Shown here piece by piece: positions 46,206 to 55,974 of a stretch of 64,000 bases of DNA. Location of the stretch: positions 818,703-882,702 of the forward strand of contig JBBAKX010000001.1 of NCBI GenBank assembly GCA_040403315.1, read 5' to 3'. The translations under genes and the position numbers were made by a program. Position 1 is the first letter of the stretch. The number at the start of each line of letters is the position of its first letter. The stretch comes from Flavobacteriales bacterium. Lineage in GTDB: Bacteria > Bacteroidota > Bacteroidia > M30B66. The notes beneath the pieces were generated by a model that ran no database searches, was not told the origin of the DNA, and saw only the letters and a program-made list of their open reading frames with translations.

Positions 46206-47423
46206 TTATTTGTTACCGAAGTTTAATCGGTATCTTTTTAAAATGCTGTTGGCAGGAAACCATGCAGCGGTTGCACCTATCAATACAACAGTTGCTCCTA
46301 TCAGCAATATATCGATCCAATTTAGCAGAACTGGATATGCATCGTGTTGGCTAATCATCACCAACGAAAATTTGTCTTGAAGCCAAACGATGCTAAGGCC
46401 TGAAGTTATCCCCAGCAACAGACCGAAAAATGTGATCAACAGCCCCTCAGCAAAGAAAATTTTACGAAGCATAGATTGATCTGCTCCCAAACTTTCCAAT
46501 GTGCGGATATCTTTAGATTTATCAACAATGAGCATAGTTAAAGAGCCAGTGATATTAAACACTGCAATGATTAATATGAAAGTTAAAATCAAATAAACAG
46601 CCCATTTCTCCGCATTGATAATTTTGTAAAGAAGATCGTGTTGTTTAAAACGGTCTTTTACTGAAAAATTAGGACCCAGTATTTTTGAAATTTCAACAAG
46701 CACCTGTTTTGTGTTAGCGCTTTTTTCCATTTGAATTTCAACACTGCTCATTTTTCCTTGCCGATCGAATAGGTTTTCTGCAAAGGTAAATGGAACAATT
46801 ACATACCGCGTGTCAACTTCAGGTTGGATTTGAAAAACGCCTGTCGGACGCAATGTTCCAGCGCTAAAAGCCTCTGCCGGATTGAGCGTTAAGCTTGCCC
46901 CTGGTCGTGGAACATAAACTTCCAAAGGCACTGCCAAACTTTGTAAGCTAAGGCTTAAAGAGTAGGCTACGCCACTTCCCAATATAGCATTTGATGAAGA
47001 GTCGCTTCCTAGGCTAAATCTACCTTCTACTAGCATGCTGTCGATTCCACTCATTTTTTCAAATGCGCTTCCTACACCTTTAACAGTGCAAATAAACTGA
47101 GCTTCTCCATAGGTTAAAAGTCCATTTTCTTCAATAACTGGCATGGTGTATTTCACCCCATCAACGGATGAAAGCTGTTCCATTTTTGCCGAAGAAAACG
47201 GGAAGAATTTTTCGCTCCGATGTTCAATTTTTACATCCGAATCAAAGGCATCATATAAGCTAATTACCCAGCCTTCCAAACCATTGAAAGCCGATAGCAA
47301 AACCACCAATGCAGCTGTTCCAACGGTTACTCCAAGCACAGAAATGCCTGAAATGATATTGATCACATTGGTGCTCTTTTTCGAAAAGAGGTACCTAAAC
47401 GCTATGAAAAGCGGGAATTTCAA
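46206..47423 (-). CDS. FtsX/LolC/LolE-like ABC transporter permease
   Basis: N-terminus (M)KFPLFIAFRYLFSKKSTNVINIISGISVLGV is typical of LolE-like permeases, and there is a C-terminal FtsX domain. The start is a TTG at 47423, 3 nt after the rbfA stop. Confidence 0.82.
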   Translation of the reverse strand: MKFPLFIAFRYLFSKKSTNVINIISGISVLGVTVGTAALVVLLSAFNGLEGWVISLYDAFDSDVKIEHRSEKFFPFSSAKMEQLSSVDGVKYTMPVIEENGLLTYGEAQFICTVKGVGSAFEKMSGIDSMLVEGRFSLGSDSSSNAILGSGVAYSLSLSLQSLAVPLEVYVPRPGASLTLNPAEAFSAGTLRPTGVFQIQPEVDTRYVIVPFTFAENLFDRQGKMSSVEIQMEKSANTKQVLVEISKILGPNFSVKDRFKQHDLLYKIINAEKWAVYLILTFILIIAVFNITGSLTMLIVDKSKDIRTLESLGADQSMLRKIFFAEGLLITFFGLLLGITSGLSIVWLQDKFSLVMISQHDAYPVLLNWIDILLIGATVVLIGATAAWFPANSILKRYRLNFGNK

Positions 47424-47426
47424 TGC

Positions 47427-47768
47427 TTAGTCTTTGCTCAGCAATCGGTCGATGTTCTCGAAGTAATCGATCGAGTCGTCGAGGAAGAAGTCCAAATCAG
47501 GTACGATACGAAGCTGGTTTCGAACCAATTCTCCAAGCATTTTGCGGATTTCTTTTTTCATCCCTTTGATGACTTCCATCAATTCTTCTGGCTTTTGAGC
47601 TTTAAACAAACTCAAATATACCCTGGCAAGACTAAGGTCTGGACTCACCCGAACAATTGTTACTGTAATTAGCGCAGATCCAAAGTGATTGCGGCTTTCG
47701 CGTTGAAAGTAAACGGCCAGCTCTTTCTGAACCAATCGGGAAACTTTTTTTTGTCTGGTCGATTCCAT
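47427..47768 (-). CDS. rbfA: Ribosome-binding factor A
   Basis: 113-aa ORF MESTRQKKVSRLVQKELAVYFQRE...ITVTIVRVSPDLSLARVYLS, typical RbfA. Confidence 0.9.
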   Translation of the reverse strand: MESTRQKKVSRLVQKELAVYFQRESRNHFGSALITVTIVRVSPDLSLARVYLSLFKAQKPEELMEVIKGMKKEIRKMLGELVRNQLRIVPDLDFFLDDSIDYFENIDRLLSKD

Positions 47769-47816
47769 TCTGCAAAGGTAAAAAGCCGCGCGTTTATTTC
47801 AGTACATTTGAGCCCT

Positions 47817-49637
47817 ATGCGCCTTCTTTCTGGTCCGTACAAGTACATTACTCCCTATTGGAGGTACGTTGCACTCAATATTCTTTTCAATTTATTAGGA
47901 ATTTTCTTTGGTTTATTCACCATTACACTGGCTATTCCCTTTTTAGGGTTGCTTTTTGGAACCGAAAAACCCGTTGTAGAACTGCCTGATTTTAAATTCA
48001 GTGCCGAATACATTCAAGCAGCTTTCAATCATTTTATTTCTAATGTAATTCAAGAATCTGGAAGAGAAGCTGCTCTGATCAAAATGAGTTTGATGGTGCT
48101 TCTGATGTTCTTCTTGAAGAACCTCTGTCGATACATGGCGATGTATTTTCTCGCACCAGTTCGAAATGGGGTGATAATGGACATCCGCAATGCACTTTTC
48201 GACAAAGTCCTCATTCTGCCACTATCATTTTACAGCAACGAGCGAAAGGGCGATATCATGGCCCGAATGAATAACGATGTGCAGGAAATCGAGTGGTCGG
48301 TGATTGGTGCAATTGAAATGGTTTTTAGGGATCCACCAACTGTGATTATTTACTTGGTCACTTTGTTTGTTATGAGCCCCGAGCTTACCATGTTTTCTCT
48401 AATTCTCATCCCTCTTGCTGGTTTGCTCATCGGGAAAATAGGAAAAAGTCTCAAAAGATCATCGGATGTTGGGATGAAGAAAACCGGCGATCTACTTTCG
48501 ATCATCGAAGAAACACTCGGAGGCCTGAGAATTATCAAGGCATTCAGAGCCGAATCTCAATTAAATCAGAGGTTCGCAGGGATGAACAATGATTTGCGCA
48601 GAGTGATGAATCGGATCTACCGAAAAAAAGATCTCGCTTCTCCAATGAGTGAGTTAATGGGCTCCGCTGTGATCGTAGCGATTATGTGGTACGGAGGTTC
48701 TGCAGTTTTAAGCGGAAATTCTTCGCTTTCTCCAGAGGTTTTCATGACGTTCATCTTACTCTTCACACAAATTCTTCCACCGATTAAAGCGATCACTCAG
48801 GCCTATTACAACCTTCAGAAAGGTCGTGCTTCTATGGATCGTGTAAATCAAATTCTAGATGCTGAAAATACGATTCCAGAGAAAGAGAATGCTGAGAATA
48901 TTCAGTCGCTTCAATCGAAAGTGGAGTTCAAAAATGTGTCGTTCGATTATATTGGATCGCCCATCATCAATGATGTAAATTTCCAATTAGAGAAAGGAAA
49001 AACTATTGCCCTAGTTGGCCCTTCGGGATCTGGTAAATCAACTTTAGCTGATTTGCTTTCTCGTTTTTATGATGTGAAAAGTGGACAAATTACTGTCGAT
49101 GGGAAAGATTTGCGTGACCTCAAACTGTCGGATCTTCGCGGATTAATGGGAATTGTTAGTCAGGAAAGCATCCTGTTTAACGACTCTGTTTTCAATAACA
49201 TAGCACTTGGAAACCCAAATGCAACAATGGAGGCGGTGATTGAAGCCGCGAAACTTGCCAATGCCCATGATTTTATTAGTGCACTAGAAGACGGCTATTT
49301 TACTTTGATTGGAGACCGTGGTTCGAAACTTTCCGGTGGGCAACGACAAAGATTATCGATTGCACGGGCTGTGCTGAAAAATCCAGATATCTTAATTCTT
49401 GATGAAGCAACTTCTGCATTGGATACTGAAAGTGAACGCCTTGTACAAGATGCGCTGTCGGTTTTAATGAAGAACAGAACTTCATTGGTCATTGCCCATC
49501 GACTGTCGACAATTCGGCATGCCGATGAAATTTTAGTGCTCGAATTGGGTAAAATTATAGAAAGAGGCACCCACGATGAGCTCATTTCTCATGGAGGAAT
49601 GTACAAAAGGCTATGCGATTTGCAGGAGTTTCGTTAA
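47817..49637 (+). CDS. ABC exporter, fused permease/ATPase (MsbA-like)
   Basis: Six-TM N-terminal domain, then Walker A GPSGSGKST, signature LSGGQRQR and Walker B ILILDEATSALD. Start taken at ATG 47817. The track start at 47685 would overlap rbfA on the opposite strand. Confidence 0.9.
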   Translation: MRLLSGPYKYITPYWRYVALNILFNLLGIFFGLFTITLAIPFLGLLFGTEKPVVELPDFKFSAEYIQAAFNHFISNVIQESGREAALIKMSLMVLLMFFLKNLCRYMAMYFLAPVRNGVIMDIRNALFDKVLILPLSFYSNERKGDIMARMNNDVQEIEWSVIGAIEMVFRDPPTVIIYLVTLFVMSPELTMFSLILIPLAGLLIGKIGKSLKRSSDVGMKKTGDLLSIIEETLGGLRIIKAFRAESQLNQRFAGMNNDLRRVMNRIYRKKDLASPMSELMGSAVIVAIMWYGGSAVLSGNSSLSPEVFMTFILLFTQILPPIKAITQAYYNLQKGRASMDRVNQILDAENTIPEKENAENIQSLQSKVEFKNVSFDYIGSPIINDVNFQLEKGKTIALVGPSGSGKSTLADLLSRFYDVKSGQITVDGKDLRDLKLSDLRGLMGIVSQESILFNDSVFNNIALGNPNATMEAVIEAAKLANAHDFISALEDGYFTLIGDRGSKLSGGQRQRLSIARAVLKNPDILILDEATSALDTESERLVQDALSVLMKNRTSLVIAHRLSTIRHADEILVLELGKIIERGTHDELISHGGMYKRLCDLQEFR

Positions 49638-49738
49638 TTTATATGATTGAAAATCAGGCATTGAAAAATTATTTTTCCTCTTTTATGCTTTTCCGTTGCG
49701 TGGATAAATAAAATGGTGTAAAATTGCAGCCTCAAAAT

Positions 49739-49812
49739 TCCTTGGTAGCTCAGCCGGTTAGAGCATCTGACTGTTAATCAGAGGGTCGTTGGTTCGAGTC
49801 CAACCCGAGGAG
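49739..49812 (+). tRNA. tRNA-Asn (anticodon GUU)
   Basis: Acceptor TCCTTGG/CCGAGGA, D-arm GCTCAGCCGGTTAGAGC, anticodon stem TCTGA/TCAGA with loop CTGTTAA, T-arm GTTGG-TTCGAGT-CCAAC. No CCA is encoded. Confidence 0.9.
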
Positions 49813-49814
49813 CA

Positions 49815-49846
49815 AAAACCACCTGCGTCTAGGCGGTTTTTTTGTT
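49815..49846 (+). terminator. Possible terminator after tRNA-Asn
   Basis: AAAACCACC...GGCGGTTTTTTTGTTTTT. The stem has one A/C mismatch and is followed by a strong T-run. Confidence 0.45.
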
Positions 49847-49974
49847 TTTAGCTATTCGGGATTTTCAACCACAGTGTAAAAACGTATCCAATCTTCTGGT
49901 TAAGTTATCATAATCGACTATTATATAGGCGCTTAATTTATTTGAAAGCAGCAACTATCCTCAGCGGAAAAGCC

Positions 49975-49982
49975 TAAATTTG
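49975..49982 (+). promoter_or_regulatory. Putative -7 box (TAAATTTG) for the E2 gene
   Basis: Exact TAnnTTTG match 26 nt upstream of ATG 50009. Confidence 0.4.
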
Positions 49983-50008
49983 CCGCAAATTAAACTGTCA
50001 CCTTTCCT

Positions 50009-51304
50009 ATGGCGCAATTTGAATTGGTTATGCCGAAAATGGGCGAAAGCGTCGCCGAAGCCACAATTATCAAATGGCTAAAAAAGCCCGGCGATAGTAT
50101 CGAACTAGACGAGCCCGTCCTTGAAATTGCAACCGATAAGGTTGACTCTGAAATCCCTTCCCCGGTAGCGGGAATCCTAGAAAAAATCCTTTTCGAGGAA
50201 GGCCAAACGATTTTGGTGAACGGTGTTATCGCTATCATCAATACTTCAGCTGAAGCTACTTCAGCGCCTGCATCGACATTTGCTCCAGTTGCAGCAGCGA
50301 AAGCTCCCGAAGTTATTGTATCAGCCTCTGCTTCAGCAGAAACATCAGTGAGCGAATCTATCAGTTCTAAATCCGAAAGCGGAAAATTCTATTCTCCACT
50401 GGTGCGAAACATCGCCAAGGAAGAGAAGATCTCCATGCAGGAACTGGATTCCATCCCCGGAACCGGGAAAGAAGGCCGCGTAACCAAAGACGACCTCATG
50501 AATTGGTTGTCGAACCGCAAGCCTGGCCAAGCAGCTCCAGTATCTGCACCAGCGGTAAAAGCAACACAAGTTGCACCAGCAGTTTCAATGAATGCAGGCG
50601 ACGAAATTATCGAAATGGATCGCATGCGTAAGCTCATTGCCGATCATATGGTGATGTCGAAATCTGTAAGTCCACACGTTACTTCGTTTGTTGAGGTTGA
50701 TGTTACCAATATGGTACTTTGGAGAGAGCGTATAAAGAAAGATTTCGAAAAGCGTGAAGGCGAAAAAATCACATTTACTCCGATCATCATCGAAGCAGTT
50801 GCTCGCGCAATAAAAGATCTTCCAATGATCAATGTTTCGGTTAGTGGAACCAGCATCATCAAACGTAAGAACATCAATATCGGAATGGCGACTGCGCTTC
50901 CTTCAGGAAACTTGATCGTTCCAGTAATTAAAAATGCCGATACACTTTCACTGGTTGGGATTACTAAATCGGTAAACGATTTGGCTACCCGAGCCCGAGC
51001 CAATAAACTTGCCCCAGACGATATTTCTGGTGGAACCTTCACTGTTACCAATGTTGGATCTTTCGGAAATGTGATGGGTACGCCGATCATTAACCAACCT
51101 CAGGTAGCAATTATGGCTGTTGGAGTGATCAAAAAGAAACCAGCAGTTTTAGAAACGCCACAGGGTGATGTGATTGCTATCCGCCACATGATGTATTGCT
51201 CACTTTCATACGATCATCGTGTAGTAGATGGTTCTCTTGGAGGAAGCTTCATTCGCAAGGTGGCTGATTATCTCGAAGCATTCGACATCAACCGTCCTTT
51301 CTAA
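50009..51304 (+). CDS. 2-oxoacid dehydrogenase E2 component (dihydrolipoamide acyltransferase), single lipoyl domain
   Basis: Lipoyl domain with EIATDKV. An Ala/Ser-rich linker. An E3-binding domain (SPLVRNIAKEEKI...GTGKEGRVTKDD). A catalytic domain with SYDHRVVDG. Substrate specificity cannot be assigned by eye. Confidence 0.88.
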   Translation: MAQFELVMPKMGESVAEATIIKWLKKPGDSIELDEPVLEIATDKVDSEIPSPVAGILEKILFEEGQTILVNGVIAIINTSAEATSAPASTFAPVAAAKAPEVIVSASASAETSVSESISSKSESGKFYSPLVRNIAKEEKISMQELDSIPGTGKEGRVTKDDLMNWLSNRKPGQAAPVSAPAVKATQVAPAVSMNAGDEIIEMDRMRKLIADHMVMSKSVSPHVTSFVEVDVTNMVLWRERIKKDFEKREGEKITFTPIIIEAVARAIKDLPMINVSVSGTSIIKRKNINIGMATALPSGNLIVPVIKNADTLSLVGITKSVNDLATRARANKLAPDDISGGTFTVTNVGSFGNVMGTPIINQPQVAIMAVGVIKKKPAVLETPQGDVIAIRHMMYCSLSYDHRVVDGSLGGSFIRKVADYLEAFDINRPF

Positions 51305-52122
51305 TGAAACTTCAACTCACCAAGCCTATCGTTTTCTTCGATCTTGAAGCTACAGGAACGAATGTAGCCGCCGATCGAATCGTTGAAATCTGTGTTTTGA
51401 AGGTCAATCCTGATGGAACAGAGGATATCAAAACCCGAAAGATCAATCCAACGATTCCTATTCCACCGGAAGTGACTAAAATTCACGGCATTAGCGATGA
51501 GGATGTGAAGGATGAACCTACATTTAAAGCGATCGCCAAAGGCTTGATGGATTTCATCGGTGATTCCGACCTTGCTGGATACAACTCCAATAAGTTCGAT
51601 GTTCCTATGCTCATCGAAGAATTCTTCCGTGCTGGAATTGAATTCCCTATGGAAGACCGCAGCTTGGTAGATATTCAGAATATTTTCCATCAAATGGAAC
51701 AGCGTACTTTGTCGGCTGCTGTGAAGTTTTATTGCAACCGCGAACACATCGGCGCACATGGTGCAGAAGCAGATGTACGCGGAACTTACGATGTGCTTCT
51801 CGCTCAATTGGAAAAGTATCAAGGTATTGAATACACCGACAAGGAAGGTAAAACCACAATCCCTGTTGTAAACGACATGAAAAAACTGTCGGAATTTTCT
51901 ACCAACAAAGATTGGGTAGATTTCGCAGGAAGAATGGTTTACGATAAAGACGGGAAAGAACTTTTTAATTTCGGAAAGCACAAAGGCAAAAAGGTGGAAG
52001 ATGTTTTCCTTCGTGAACCGAGTTATTATGATTGGATCATGAATGGCGATTTTGCTTTGTCGACCAAAAGAGCCATCGAAAAAATTAAGCTCCGCGGACT
52101 AAAATCGAATTTCAACGGATGA
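51304..52122 (+). CDS. DEDDh-type 3'-5' exonuclease (DnaQ/epsilon-like) with a C-terminal extension
   Basis: Exo I FFDLEATG, Exo II AGYNSNKFDVPML, Exo III HGAEADV. Its ATG overlaps the E2 stop (TAATG). Confidence 0.82.
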   Translation: MKLQLTKPIVFFDLEATGTNVAADRIVEICVLKVNPDGTEDIKTRKINPTIPIPPEVTKIHGISDEDVKDEPTFKAIAKGLMDFIGDSDLAGYNSNKFDVPMLIEEFFRAGIEFPMEDRSLVDIQNIFHQMEQRTLSAAVKFYCNREHIGAHGAEADVRGTYDVLLAQLEKYQGIEYTDKEGKTTIPVVNDMKKLSEFSTNKDWVDFAGRMVYDKDGKELFNFGKHKGKKVEDVFLREPSYYDWIMNGDFALSTKRAIEKIKLRGLKSNFNG

Positions 52123-52730
52123 AAATTCTCTGTATCGGCAGAAATTATGCTGAACATGCAAAAGAATTAAACAACCCGCTTCCAAAGGAGCCTGTATTCT
52201 TCATGAAGCCAGATACTGCTTTGCTCAAAGACGGCTCGGCATTTTATCACCCGGATTTTTCAAGTGACATCCACCACGAAATCGAAATTGTACTACGCGT
52301 TGGAAAAGCAGGAAAGCACATTTCTCCCGAACACGCATTGAAATACATTGATGGAATTACTGTTGGTGTAGATTTCACTGCTCGTGACCTTCAGCAACAA
52401 TGTAAAGAAAAGGGTTTGCCTTGGGAAAAAGCGAAAGCATTTGATGGTTCTGCACCAATTGGAATGTTCGTTCCGTTTACAGAATTACATAGCCAAGGTG
52501 AAATAAATTTCAGTCTATCGGTGAATGAAGAAGTTCGCCAACAAGGAAGCTCTAACGACATGATTTTCAATTTCCAGTCGATTATAACTTACCTGTCGCA
52601 ATTCGTTACACTTAAAACTGGCGATTTAATTTATACTGGAACACCTTCTGGCGTTTCTGCCGTAAAGATTGGCGATCAGCTAAAGGGCTTCCTCAATGGA
52701 GAGCAGTTGCTTTCTTTTGAAGTGAAATAG
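52119..52730 (+). CDS. Fumarylacetoacetate hydrolase (FAH) family protein
   Basis: MKILCIGRNYAEHAKEL..., ...EIEIVLRVGK..., ...GDLIYTGTPSGV, typical FAH/HpcE-like. Its ATG overlaps the exonuclease stop (ATGA). Confidence 0.85.
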   Translation: MKILCIGRNYAEHAKELNNPLPKEPVFFMKPDTALLKDGSAFYHPDFSSDIHHEIEIVLRVGKAGKHISPEHALKYIDGITVGVDFTARDLQQQCKEKGLPWEKAKAFDGSAPIGMFVPFTELHSQGEINFSLSVNEEVRQQGSSNDMIFNFQSIITYLSQFVTLKTGDLIYTGTPSGVSAVKIGDQLKGFLNGEQLLSFEVK

Positions 52731-53895
52731 TTGCTTTTGTTTGAAACAATTCAATCATCAACCTAGCAAACACCAAGATGATTGGAAAAACCTTTACCAC
52801 GTAGGGATAAATAATTTCGTGGCGAATCTGTGCAGGAAAAATATCGGTTCCACTAAGCGAAGTGAGTAAAATCGTTAACCCAAGCAAGACTTTATCGAGG
52901 GTATTTCTTAGACCAGCATAAAACCAAACTACAATTCCAACTACTGCAATCACCAATGTGGGCGATTCTGCCATGTGGTTGAATAAGATAACCCATATCA
53001 TCACCATCGATAGAAGCAGCATTCTGAAATGAAGATGGCGGTACATTTTCAATCGAACAAAAGGCACAAGAAACAATACAACTCCGAGTAGGAGTAAGTG
53101 TAATTTGTTGATATTAAGTCCGAACCAATAATGTAGCCAGCCCATCATAGAAAATCCATAGCTTAAACTATGGTCATTGTTAAGCAAGTGCAGCCAACTC
53201 GAATAGAGAAATTCTAATTGTTGAGGGGTAACAACCAACAGAGGAATGAGCGTGAAAAGGGCAAACCAAAAAATTGTAGAAACTATCATTTTGGGTTTGT
53301 TGGGATACAAAAGAAATAATGCAAATGCGACAATGCCGAACAACTTGATAAATACAGTAATCGACAAAAACAATGAAGCCAAGATGATTTGTTTTTTTTC
53401 AATTGCGGAAAACGCCAATAATATTAAACCAGCGATCAGTCCATTACATTGCGAACTCTGAATAGAAGTAAAGGTTTCAATTAAACAAATGATCAATGCT
53501 CCATTTTTCTGAGCATAACTAAGTTTAGGCAATCGTAAAATTCCTACTGCCAATAAAACACTGTTTAACGCATTCCAAAAAATTAAGCCCAACCAAACGG
53601 GGAAGAATTTAAACAAGCCAAAGAAAAGAGCAAATGCAGGGCTGTACTTGAATAAGTCGTAATGATCTTTTGGGTGAATCGCATAAAGATCTTTCCCTTG
53701 GATTAAGTGATCAAAAGAAAATCTAAAAATATCGAAGTTGTTATAGTGCGTAAATACCACTCCATTTACTTCTTTCAAGCCAAGTAAATAAGATTGCAAA
53801 CCAGCAAAAATGGCAATGCCCAAATAAACGATTAACCAAAGTCGTGTTTGATCGTGTTTGAAAAACTTTTGAATCGAATGAAGCACTTGCGACAT
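52693..53895 (-). CDS. DUF2029/GT87-like polytopic membrane glycosyltransferase, tentative
   Basis: 400-aa ORF with about 10 TM helices. The N-terminal signature ...YNNFDIFRFSFDHLIQGKDLY......FKYSPAFALFF resembles DUF2029. It starts 1 nt after the upstream gene's stop. Confidence 0.65.
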   Translation of the reverse strand: MSQVLHSIQKFFKHDQTRLWLIVYLGIAIFAGLQSYLLGLKEVNGVVFTHYNNFDIFRFSFDHLIQGKDLYAIHPKDHYDLFKYSPAFALFFGLFKFFPVWLGLIFWNALNSVLLAVGILRLPKLSYAQKNGALIICLIETFTSIQSSQCNGLIAGLILLAFSAIEKKQIILASLFLSITVFIKLFGIVAFALFLLYPNKPKMIVSTIFWFALFTLIPLLVVTPQQLEFLYSSWLHLLNNDHSLSYGFSMMGWLHYWFGLNINKLHLLLLGVVLFLVPFVRLKMYRHLHFRMLLLSMVMIWVILFNHMAESPTLVIAVVGIVVWFYAGLRNTLDKVLLGLTILLTSLSGTDIFPAQIRHEIIYPYVVKVFPIILVFARLMIELFQTKATISLQKKATALH

Positions 53896-53896
53896 C

Positions 53897-55831
53897 TTAT
53901 TTCGACAGTACTGTAAATTCAGTTCTGCGGTTCAATTTACGGCTTGCATCGCTCGTATTCGGAGCTATTGGTTTGCTTTTACCGTATCCTTTTGCGTTGA
54001 GTCGATCTGCAACAATTCCTTTTTCAACCAAATACGATTTTACAGCTTCCGCGCGCGATTGCGATAATTTTAGATTTAACTGTTCATTCCCAACATCATC
54101 TGTATGGCCACTGATTTCGATTTTTAAACTCGGATTCTTCTGGAGAAACTCTAATAGTTTTTCTAGTTCTGTTTGTGAAATAGTTTCTAATGCTGCCGAC
54201 CCTGTGGAAAAAAAGACGTTCTTTAATACAATGCTTTCTCCAGCTTCAATGGGCTGAAGCGGAATATTTATTTCAAATACATCGGTTGGTTTGAGTTCTT
54301 TTTCGAGGGTGTAATTTTCAGAGAAAAACAAGAAACCAGGAGAACTTACATTGAGCGCATAGGAAGAACCTGCAGGTAGGCTAAGCAGGAATTCTCCATT
54401 GATTGGATCACTACTACTAGCTGCCATGATTTGTTTGGTGAATAGATCTATGATTTCAAATCGAGCACCCAATCTCGCATCGTTTTTTTTGTTATATACT
54501 TTCCCTTTCATGAATGTAACAGCAAAGGGTTGTACTTCTGGATTCATGTCGAATGTGTAAATGTCTCGCAAGCCGTATCCTCCTTCTCTATCTGCGCTGA
54601 AATATGCCTTTTTCCCATCTGCGCTAATGATCATGTGTGTTTCGTCGCCATTTGTATTAATGGGATAACCAAGGTTAATGGGTTTTTGCCATTCCCCATT
54701 CTTAGCTTTTCTACTAATGAAAAAATCACGTTGTCCCATACCAGGATGCCCCGCAGAGGAAAAATAAAGTGTTCTTCCATCAGGGTGCAGGAAGGGCCCA
54801 AATTCCTCCATATCAGTATTTAGTGAATCGCCTAAATTGTAAGCAGGACCCCACGAGCCATTTGCTTGCTTTCTACTGCACCAAAGGTCGGCCATGCCTT
54901 TTCCGCCTTCGCGTTTACTCACAAAAATGATTTCTCTTCCATCTGCTGAAACAGTAGGTTGTGCTTCCCAACTTGCTCCATTTATGCCTTCACCAAGGTT
55001 TGAGGGCTCGGTCCATTTTTTTCCACTGTATTCTGAAACGTAAATATCACATCGCCCCAAACCACCCTGTCTTTCACATCCTGTGAAGAAAATGAATCTT
55101 CCATCAGGCATTAAACAATGCGCACCTTCATTGCCATGGCTGTTTAGAGGAGGCCCGACGCTGATGCATGGTCGCCATTTTCCGTCTTTACGAACGCTTG
55201 TGAAGAAATCTTCTTCTACTTGCGATCCTCCATTGTCGGTAAGCTCATCCGAAGGACGCATTCTTGTAAATACAATTATTTGATCATCAACGGTTATTGA
55301 TGGGTGGTATTCGCTGTATTGGCTATTGATTTCCGGTCCAAGATTTTCAGGTTTGAATTTCACAGGATTCAACACTGCTTGTTCTGCGAATTGAGCATTT
55401 CGTAATAAACGTTCTGCCTTTTTCTTGGTTTGTTCCTGGATTTTGGTGAAACTCAAATACTTGTTACAATGCACGATGGCTGAAGAATATTCAGCCGAGG
55501 CGAAGTCTGCTTGTGCCCACCTGTAATACATAGGAGGGAATTTATCTGCTCTGATCTTGGCAGCTCCTTCGAAGTAATTTCTTGACTCCGAATATTTTTC
55601 CATATCCAAACACAAGTCTGCCAAGGCTATTTGTGCTTCGAAGAATGTTGGATCCTCAGTTACTGCTGCTTTTAGCAATCCGTAGGCTTCATTGTTCATC
55701 TTCGATTGATAGCTTTTCAAACCTTCATTGAATAGTCGAATAGCCTTCTTGTTGGTAGAACTCAGGTCTTGTTGCGCTTGGCAAATAGGCGAGAATACCA
55801 AAAGGAAAAATAGGATCTGGATGAATTTCAT
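53897..55831 (-). CDS. OmpA-family protein with N-terminal TPR, a TolB-like (PD40/WD40-like) beta-propeller, a carboxypeptidase-regulatory-like domain, and a C-terminal OmpA domain
   Basis: Signal peptide. TPR-like helices. Repeated PD40-like units (...E..PS...DG...IFFTS.R.GG.G..D...). The C-terminus ISGHTDDVG...NLKLSQSRAEAV...NRRTEF. Start taken at ATG 55831 (the track start is a TTG at 55840). Confidence 0.85.
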   Translation of the reverse strand: MKFIQILFFLLVFSPICQAQQDLSSTNKKAIRLFNEGLKSYQSKMNNEAYGLLKAAVTEDPTFFEAQIALADLCLDMEKYSESRNYFEGAAKIRADKFPPMYYRWAQADFASAEYSSAIVHCNKYLSFTKIQEQTKKKAERLLRNAQFAEQAVLNPVKFKPENLGPEINSQYSEYHPSITVDDQIIVFTRMRPSDELTDNGGSQVEEDFFTSVRKDGKWRPCISVGPPLNSHGNEGAHCLMPDGRFIFFTGCERQGGLGRCDIYVSEYSGKKWTEPSNLGEGINGASWEAQPTVSADGREIIFVSKREGGKGMADLWCSRKQANGSWGPAYNLGDSLNTDMEEFGPFLHPDGRTLYFSSAGHPGMGQRDFFISRKAKNGEWQKPINLGYPINTNGDETHMIISADGKKAYFSADREGGYGLRDIYTFDMNPEVQPFAVTFMKGKVYNKKNDARLGARFEIIDLFTKQIMAASSSDPINGEFLLSLPAGSSYALNVSSPGFLFFSENYTLEKELKPTDVFEINIPLQPIEAGESIVLKNVFFSTGSAALETISQTELEKLLEFLQKNPSLKIEISGHTDDVGNEQLNLKLSQSRAEAVKSYLVEKGIVADRLNAKGYGKSKPIAPNTSDASRKLNRRTEFTVLSK

Positions 55832-55920
55832 AAGCCTCAATTTGATAGCGCGATGAATGTATAGATTATTCCCTGCCTAATTCAATCGTTTTATGCTTTA
55901 TTTAAACAGCGATAGCCTGA

Positions 55921-55957
55921 AAAACAAAACCCCGACCAAAAATTTGATCGGGGTTTT
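55921..55957 (-). terminator. Rho-independent terminator after the large adhesin gene
   Basis: The minus strand reads AAAACCCCGAtcaaatttttggTCGGGGTTTTGTTTTT. It has a 6-bp GC-rich stem and a T-run, about 20 nt after the stop codon. Confidence 0.6.
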
Positions 55958-55974
55958 AAATCTTATGAACGCAG

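Noticed and set aside
47685-47816. 44-codon N-terminal extension of the MsbA-like ORF.
   Set aside because: It overlaps the 5' end of rbfA on the opposite strand. The ATG at 47817 gives the usual short cytoplasmic N-terminus before TM1.
49739-50008. tRNA-Asn as a possible genomic-island integration site.
   Set aside because: No integrase gene, no direct repeat of the tRNA 3' end, and no accessory genes lie downstream. The next gene is a housekeeping E2 subunit.
51301-51981. 226-aa ORF antisense to the exonuclease gene.
   Set aside because: Its translation is low-complexity, rich in F/I/C/H, and has no motifs. The plus-strand frame carries a clear DEDDh exonuclease signature and is translationally coupled to both neighbours. 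This is most likely a chance open frame.
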